A DNA stretch of 64,000 nucleotides from contig KZ538197.1 in NCBI GenBank assembly GCA_000934665.2, forward strand, positions 1 through 64,000, read 5' to 3'. Source of the DNA: Catajapyx aquilonaris. Lineage: Eukaryota. A program made the position numbers and the translations under genes. Of this stretch, positions 56,801-64,000 are shown piece by piece (the stretch's first letter is position 1; every line of letters begins with the position of its first letter). The notes below the pieces were generated by a model. The model ran no database searches, had not been told where the DNA came from, and saw only the letters and a program-made list of their open reading frames with translations.

Positions 56801-59800
56801 CTGGGAACAATGCTATCGAGCCTTGCATCTGGCTTCAGCGCTCACGCCGAGTTTAGGGGCCGATCCACTTCATAAATCCACAGGCGGGCGGTCGCGGCCC
56901 AGGGGGCGGCCTCAAAAAGCACCCCCCAATCCTCATTTCTAACTCTAACCCCCCCCCCCCTCAACCTATCTGTTCCACCACCATTCACCAGCTACTTTTG
57001 AGCACCCCGGAATTTTTTCACAATCTTCAATATGCGGATATATGTGCAAAGTTGGCTAATTAAAAAAAAAAACATCTCTATATTTGGTTGCATGCATTTC
57101 TTTTACGAGATCACCATGACCTTTGAACCGGTAATTCAGGCGACTTACACAATGTACATTATGCATGACATTATCAAAGAAATGTCTACGATAGCAACTA
57201 ACAGTCAACAAAATCTGTCAACAGCCAGTTGGATCAATTCGCGAAGATATTTGGGTATTGCGCCAGTGGATGAAGATGGTCAACACGGTCATTACGTGGG
57301 CTGACAAAAGGCCATAAAAATGGCATACGAGTGAAAATAAGTAACAGACCATCCGGTCTCTGATAGACAAAACACAATAAAATATAGAGAATGGAGGCGT
57401 AATTATGCCTCAAGACCAAAGTCTTATAGATGAGAGTTTCCAATTAAGAGCATTCCCGTAACCCTTCAACCTGCGATGTATGCGCTGCCTCCTGGAAAAC
57501 AAAGTGAGTCGTAGGATCTGTTCCATCGGGGGTGACCCTTCCATCACGTTCCAGCAGGGTATCGATATTGAATAAGCCCCTTCAGGCACGAAAACGTTGC
57601 CTGTCTCCACACGGAGACCCTGCTGCATTTTTTCTTTCTTGCTGATAACCCCACTTGGGTGATGAGACGATTATTGTGCTTTGATTTATTGCGCTCTATA
57701 CCCCACAGATGTATACCACGTTCTTTTCACTATTGAAGAGACCATTATTTGTGATCGAGTTATTAGCTTAAAGGTGCATTTATGTAGCTAATTATGGGCT
57801 TTAGATGTTTGAATTACCCGCAAGAGATCTGGAACACTTGTTCAATTGTGTAAGCTATATTTGTTTAATAATATTATTATTGTCGGAAAAACTAATATTG
57901 TCGCCATTTCACAATTCCATTTTGGTATGTTCTCCGACTCTCTTCCCCAACGGTAGCGGTTATAACATCAATGGCATATTTTAATCATTTTATGTGTAAG
58001 TGATCGTTAGTTGAAAATTCTACGACTCCAAGTTAGTGTAAATACGAGTAATAATTCTCGAAAGTTGTGTGGTAGGCTATCAGTAGACGTGTTCCTCTTC
58101 GGACAGGGAAGGATCATTTGATTATTTTTTTTCAAAGAGGGAGAAATTCAAATTGTACAGTTAGGCAATGACATATTGACATATTATCATGCATGTACCA
58201 TCGACACCAAGTTCCACAGCACTTACCATTCGCCTTCTGCCATTTTACCGTAACGGTGTATGAACATCTGGCAGCACGATCCCCCCCTCAAAAAGTATTC
58301 ACCAACAGGTCTTTTGGTTCCCAAACCAGCTCAGTTGAACCAAAACCACCTCTTATCGTGACTCCCCCAACCCAACCCCACCATGCCAACCCAAAGAAAA
58401 CGATAAAAATCCAAACGGACGCCATATTTCCAACCTGGAAGCTAACCCCCTTCAAGACGATCCAGAATCCAACCCTTTTGGTTCCCAGATCGAAAAGAGA
58501 AGGGGAAAAAAAAACATGCCAACACACAAGCACCTGAAATGCACCATAATTAAGGCGGCCTGAGCATTGGTAACCAGGAGCTCTAAAGGCTGTTATTTGG
58601 GCTCACGATCTCTTCCGAATCGGTGGCTCTTTTCCCGAAAAATACAGCACAAGGGGAGTCACCGGGCCTGCAACTTACAGCCTTCCTTGGTTCCTATACC
58701 AGGACTCGGTCATTTTCATACAACTTGAGTGTACGGTTTCGATCACAACTCGCCATTAACATGCCTGAGAGGGTATTTGCCACAGGTACCTGCAATATGT
58801 AGGTGGTGACGTGCTGTATTTTGATGCGGGTGGGATTGGTGTCTCTCTTTTTTTTATACGAGTAAGATGGCGCCAGTGTACTTCCTAATGGTCTCAGGAC
58901 TAAGGCCAAGATTTCACTTTATTTTACAGTGACCCTGAAAGTTTAGCAATATATTATCAAAGAGAAGCCAGAGCTTATGCAGTGTACTCTTGGCATATCT
59001 CTAATGACACAAATTCCACGGCGGCAAATTGGCTTTTGTCGCATTCACACACGTGGTCAGTTCTGGAATGGCGTCGATGCGACAGACAATATATATTCCC
59101 AAAGCCAACTACTGTACGGTATGTAATGTTCTGATCACGTTTCGGTCAGGCTTGCCTGACGTCGGTCCAACCCAAGCAGCAATGATTCATAGTCATCTAC
59201 CACAAAAACCAAGAGTTGAAGCTACCGAATAAAAGGGAGTGGAATGCACCGTCACCCACAACCTACATATATTTTGGACGCATCTAAAAATCATGTTTCA
59301 ACCACCACCTTGTCCCAACAATTGCAGTAGTTGTAACCTTATCATATCGTCCCCCCCTCACACACACACAACAAACACAATCCAATTAACGTGTCGCGCA
59401 AAGATTGGCCCTTAAAGATGAGTTTAACCGCCATTAATTTTCGGCAAATAAAGTGAGGTTGCCACCTACACACATTAAGGAGGAAAGATAGGAGGCGTAA
59501 TGGATGAGTCTGCGCGATGCGAAATGAGCACGCTGTTAGTAAGCACCCCCACAAAAGTTGAAATAAAAGGGCTTGCCAAATGTCACCGCAGGGCACAATC
59601 CTTAATAACGTATGTAGGACGAACCCAGCACGTAGGGCTCGGCTTGTAAATCTTTCTTAAATATCAGGAGGGCTCCCACTTTGAGGGCTTCCTGATTTAT
59701 GACATTGCGCCTCCCAGCTAAACTTAACACCATTAACCGACTCGGAGGAAGAAGAAGAAGCAGATAAAAAAAATGAGTAAAGCCAAGTACTACACCATCT

Positions 59801-61846
59801 GATTCAATAAGGCTTATTAGGATGTTACTAAGAGTATTGGAGATGATTGATGACAATCAGTTGCGCCGAAGGCATTTCTTCCGTTGTTTGTTAAAGCTGC
59901 TTTTTTAGCCCGGCCCATGGAGTCACGTGGCTCAGTTCCAGTTTAACACGGAATGAAAGCACTACAGGGTGACTACTGGTAAAAATAGTTGCACCAAAAT
60001 GAATAGCTCATTCGTCATGGGTTTTTGTAAGCAAGGGGAAAGGGAGCCTCAAATATTTAAAAAACTGCTGTGGCAGTGTGTAATAGTTAACCGATTGGAA
60101 AAAAGGATGGTGCAGATCACTTAGCAAGAATAAAAGCTATTCGGAAATAGCTTTGAAAGTTTTGAAGTGCTTTGGCATGTCGAGTTGCAGGGTGAATGAC
60201 TTCGATAACGTTTTAGGCACTCGCGTCATACCATCCGTAACCTAATTGAATATCAGGCGCGTGTTGTTTACACGAAAAAGTGATGGCAGGGGGAATTAAG
60301 TTGCCTTTACAAGTAATGCCGGAAATGGGGGAAAACTCGCTTAACCATGACAAAAATCCGGAGGCATTACGTCACTGCCAAGGCAGCCATAGGGTACTAC
60401 TGTATTCAAAAGAGGAAAGAAACTGGAATATTATAACTGCCCCTGTCGCCTTGACTCAGTAATATTATTCAGACAAGAAGCGTAACCGACCATTTAAAAA
60501 TTAAGTGAATCCACAAAATATGGAAATTAAAAACGGAATTTCAGATTTGATTACATTCCATCCGCAATTTGGGCGTCATTGCAGTGTGTGAGAAACTGCT
60601 GGCCATTTCTCGACTACCGATTGACAGGCATTTCACCGAATTTGTGCAAATTAGGCAGGGTGGGTTCGGGTTCTCTTTAAACATTCCACGATAACATTGC
60701 TGCTACTCAGAAACACCGTGGCATTACCCTCTCCAACAACCTAGGTACCAATTAGCCTGTCAGTTTAGAGCAAGTGCGTGAAATCCATCAGTTTGGGAAA
60801 ATATCGCCACAAAAACAAGGGCGGATGAAATTTGGTCTGTTTTTTTTTGTTATTTTTTTGCTAGTAGTTGCCTAAAGGTTGTTTCACCAATTCGGCGATT
60901 AGGAAATGAGCAGCGAGGAATCACATTTTGGCACCACCCTGTATTCTTTCAATAGTGAAATAAAATGGTAATTTTAAAAAAAAAACTCCTGTATTTTTTT
61001 CCGAACGATCAATTTTCTTAAATAACCTGCTGGCATATTCAGACATGTTTTCACTTCGCACATGGTATGGCTCTGAATGGATATCATCCCGCCGGCGACA
61101 GTGTTATGCAATCCCACGGGGCTGGGGGTGAAGGGTGGGAGTCCGGTATTTGGCAGCCAGATGGGGGATTTTAATTCTCTGGAGGTGGTTCGCCAAATTG
61201 GCACCATTGTTAAATGGGCCTGGCCTCATATTGGCCCACATGACGAGAAGGGCTTGCATATATGACAAAAGAAAAGGGGGGGGGGGAAGGTGATAGAGGT
61301 AGGGGGATAAGGGGGAGGGAGTAACGCATATGTGTAGTGTGTGTGGGTTCTTCATGTGGTGGTTCCCAAAATGCGGCAACCCAAATTTTTGGTCCAAATA
61401 GTGCTGTCAAGTGGTGTTTACGGGGAGTGGGTTACAATAGGGTTGGGGGAGAATACAACAATGGAGTCCGATGGGACTGAAAATGAGCACACCTCCTGTT
61501 CCCCCAATGGACAGGATGAATGAGAAGAGGGGAGGCCTCAACAATGGGTAAGTCATAAAAAAGGGGGCTTGCATGTACCCGCGTAATACAAGAGCAATAT
61601 TTTCCAGACGCCTCGCAAAATGTAAAGTTAATTTGCTGAAGGGCTTTGCAGTATGGGAGTAATAAGACAGGCGTCCTACTAGTTGTACCGGCCACTGCAC
61701 GTTAACGTCGTTCAATAAAATTAAAATGTCTTTGTTGTTGTTGCTATAGGCCTATTTGAAGTTTGTACAAGTAGGCCTACATTATATAAGATTATATTAA
61801 TGAAGCCATACGATGGTGTATGTCATTGGAAATGTGACCCCTGTCA

Positions 61847-61922
61847 AGGTCCCACCGAGAGTCGAACTCGGACCACTGGAATCAGTTACGTCCAGTGTGC
61901 TAGCCATTTACACCATGGGACA
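61847..61922 (-). pseudogene. tRNA-Gln-like pseudogene with 10-nt anticodon loop
   Basis: Minus strand TGTCCCATGGTGTAAATGGCTAGCACACTGGACGTAACTGATTCCAGTGGTCCGAGTTCGACTCTCGGTGGGACCT resembles the metazoan tRNA-Gln layout. T-arm and anticodon stem intact, 1:72 mismatch, no T-run terminator. Confidence 0.7.
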
Positions 61923-64000
61923 TGCATTCAGGGTTTGTCACTACACCCTATTATTTTGCATGTAACTATGAATGTAACTGACAGTTAGAATACCGCGTAC
62001 CGATACTTTAATAATACTGTGTATTTCTTACGCGGTAGATCTGCAGCACAATCGAGCTTACAGCAGTTATTCTATCTAAAGAATCCAGTACCCTAAACAA
62101 CAACAACAACAACAACAACATTTCATTGAAAAATATAAACTAATGCAGGATGTCCAACGTAGGCCTAACGAACTTCGCTTATAGCGAACCCCTGGCCATC
62201 CCCCATTTGCGTTCCCGTAGGTATTATTGTATTCAAAGCTAGGCTTTGGTATAGCCACTCAATTCACCCCACACACTCCTCATCGCTGGCCCATGTCATG
62301 AGCTCTCGATCACAACATGTCACCACCATCCTCGATGACATGCTGATTCCACCACCAATCTACCACACTTCACGCCAACCCCCAGGGTTGCAGGCCTTCA
62401 TATGAAAAGGTACGTTACACAGTCTGCATACCAACTCGCTCATGATGGTTACAAGTTTATTTGAACATTAATTATTCGATGCAACTTATTCAACCTTGAT
62501 TTTATATAGCGACGTTAACTCGAAATTGAACATGTTGATTTCCTTGGCATCATCAATATTGACTCAGATGAAAATAGAGCTGTCATTTAATCATGACTCT
62601 GCAAAATTTGGATATTGATATTGGTATGACTTAATACATTGATAATAACGAAAACAGTATAGTTGCATAGGCTTGGAACTTTCTCTCCGTGACCCCTTCG
62701 AGCATGTATGCACATTACCCCCCTGAAGCCTGCAGCCCCTCCCTCCCGCCTCCGTGTCCAAACGATTGTCACAGAGGGTGCGACCACTCCCCATGTCCTC
62801 CATCTCTGCCATCTCGCACGACAAAGACCACACATATCCATCCATTGTCAATTCACGGATGGCTGCCGTTTCCAAACATAATCCCCACCCCCCTCATTAT
62901 TGGCCCCTCCTGCCATGGAATTTCCGACACAATTACCGTGGCCCAACCAGTTATCACTCAGCAACAAATGCATTTGAACACATATAATTCATCTTCTGTT
63001 TTAATAAACGCAACTGTCGCCTGCAGTACGACGTATTGAATCTGGTTTGATAAAAATCAGTTTCATCAATATCATGTCACCATATTTCCTCTTCCTCTTC
63101 TTATATAGTTGCGCTCAGGCTGGCGCAACACGACACTATTTCTATCATAGAAATATAGTCCTTTAGAACAAGAATGGAATATGTACCCTATAAGCGCTGA
63201 TCATTGCACCTGTACCGATGCTGTCCACCACGGGACATTACCTTAAATGCGTAAATAAATAAATTCAATAACCGCGTAGGGCTAGAGGTTGCAATAAGTG
63301 TCCAGTGGAAAAACAGCGTGAGCCGCCGAGTAAAATTGTGAGTGAAGCTAGGCACAGGTCAAATCCAAAAGAGCAGCGCTGAAACAGAGACGTCCACTCC
63401 TCATTCCACGTGTCAAGCTCACGCCAGTCTTACTACACTCTGCATAAAGTGCTCCGCTGGTGGCCGATGTTAGATTACACTATAAACCACCCCCACAGTT
63501 TCAACATGCTCAGCAGCCCAGTAATCCCGCCCCAATTTACAGCATCGGTTGGTCAACAATCGTGATGCCCCCTTGGTGTGACAACCTTTTCATATTTTTT
63601 TTTCCTGACAGAAGAGAATATAAACAAAATTTGTGTCATAAAGTCCGTCTATATGAAGCGTTTCTATTTGCATGCCAGTGGAGAATCTCAATTCCAGACG
63701 ATTTAGTGTGTGCGGCTCCTCCCAGCCAACCCCCTCAAGAGCGGATTGTTGGGAGGAAGGGCGTGGGACCCCTGGGACACAACAAGAGAAATATGCATTC
63801 TTTCCCAGGCCTCAATTTGCATTATTTTCATTCATTGCTGTGAGAAGGAGGTAAAAAGCTTGGGTTTCTTCCCCCATCCGGGGCCCAAACGGGGAAGGAG
63901 GTCAACTGATTTATGATCAACACTCATCATTTTCCATCCCTCCATTTATGCAGCCAGAGCCTCCAAATTTTTCATCTACCTTTGTACATGCTCAAGCCTC

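Noticed and set aside
48843..63916. Short ORFs in the Serrate intron as N-terminal exons or nested genes
   Set aside because: None shows a signal peptide, MNNL motifs or other recognisable homology. A small exon could still have been missed.

Overview
Eukaryotic, probably arthropod, genomic DNA with many short 54-90 nt GT-AG introns and mosaic CpG content. It contains: a disabled, intron-retaining C-terminal fragment of a VPS13A/C-type gene (~173-1926, -); a complete eIF5 gene (6 coding exons, 442 aa, -) whose predicted spliced 5' leader carries a poor-context TTTATGT uORF; a CpG-depleted block at ~22-28.5 kb with splice-flanked non-coding exons, suggesting an unannotated transcript divergent from ZNF622; a complete ZNF622/Rei1 gene (365 aa, +); and the 3' 17 exons of Serrate/Jagged (DSL, 16 EGF, VWC, TM, PDZ tail; -), whose CpG-rich upstream intron fills 48.7-64 kb. 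Introns and intergenic DNA hold tRNA-derived SINEs (V- and Deu/Nin-type cores, shared tails, clear TSDs), piggyBac-, Tc1/mariner- and Harbinger-type MITEs, a tandem Helitron-like pair, LINE tails and a tRNA-Gln-like pseudogene. Exon coordinates come from manual splice-site and frame reading; no searches were run.
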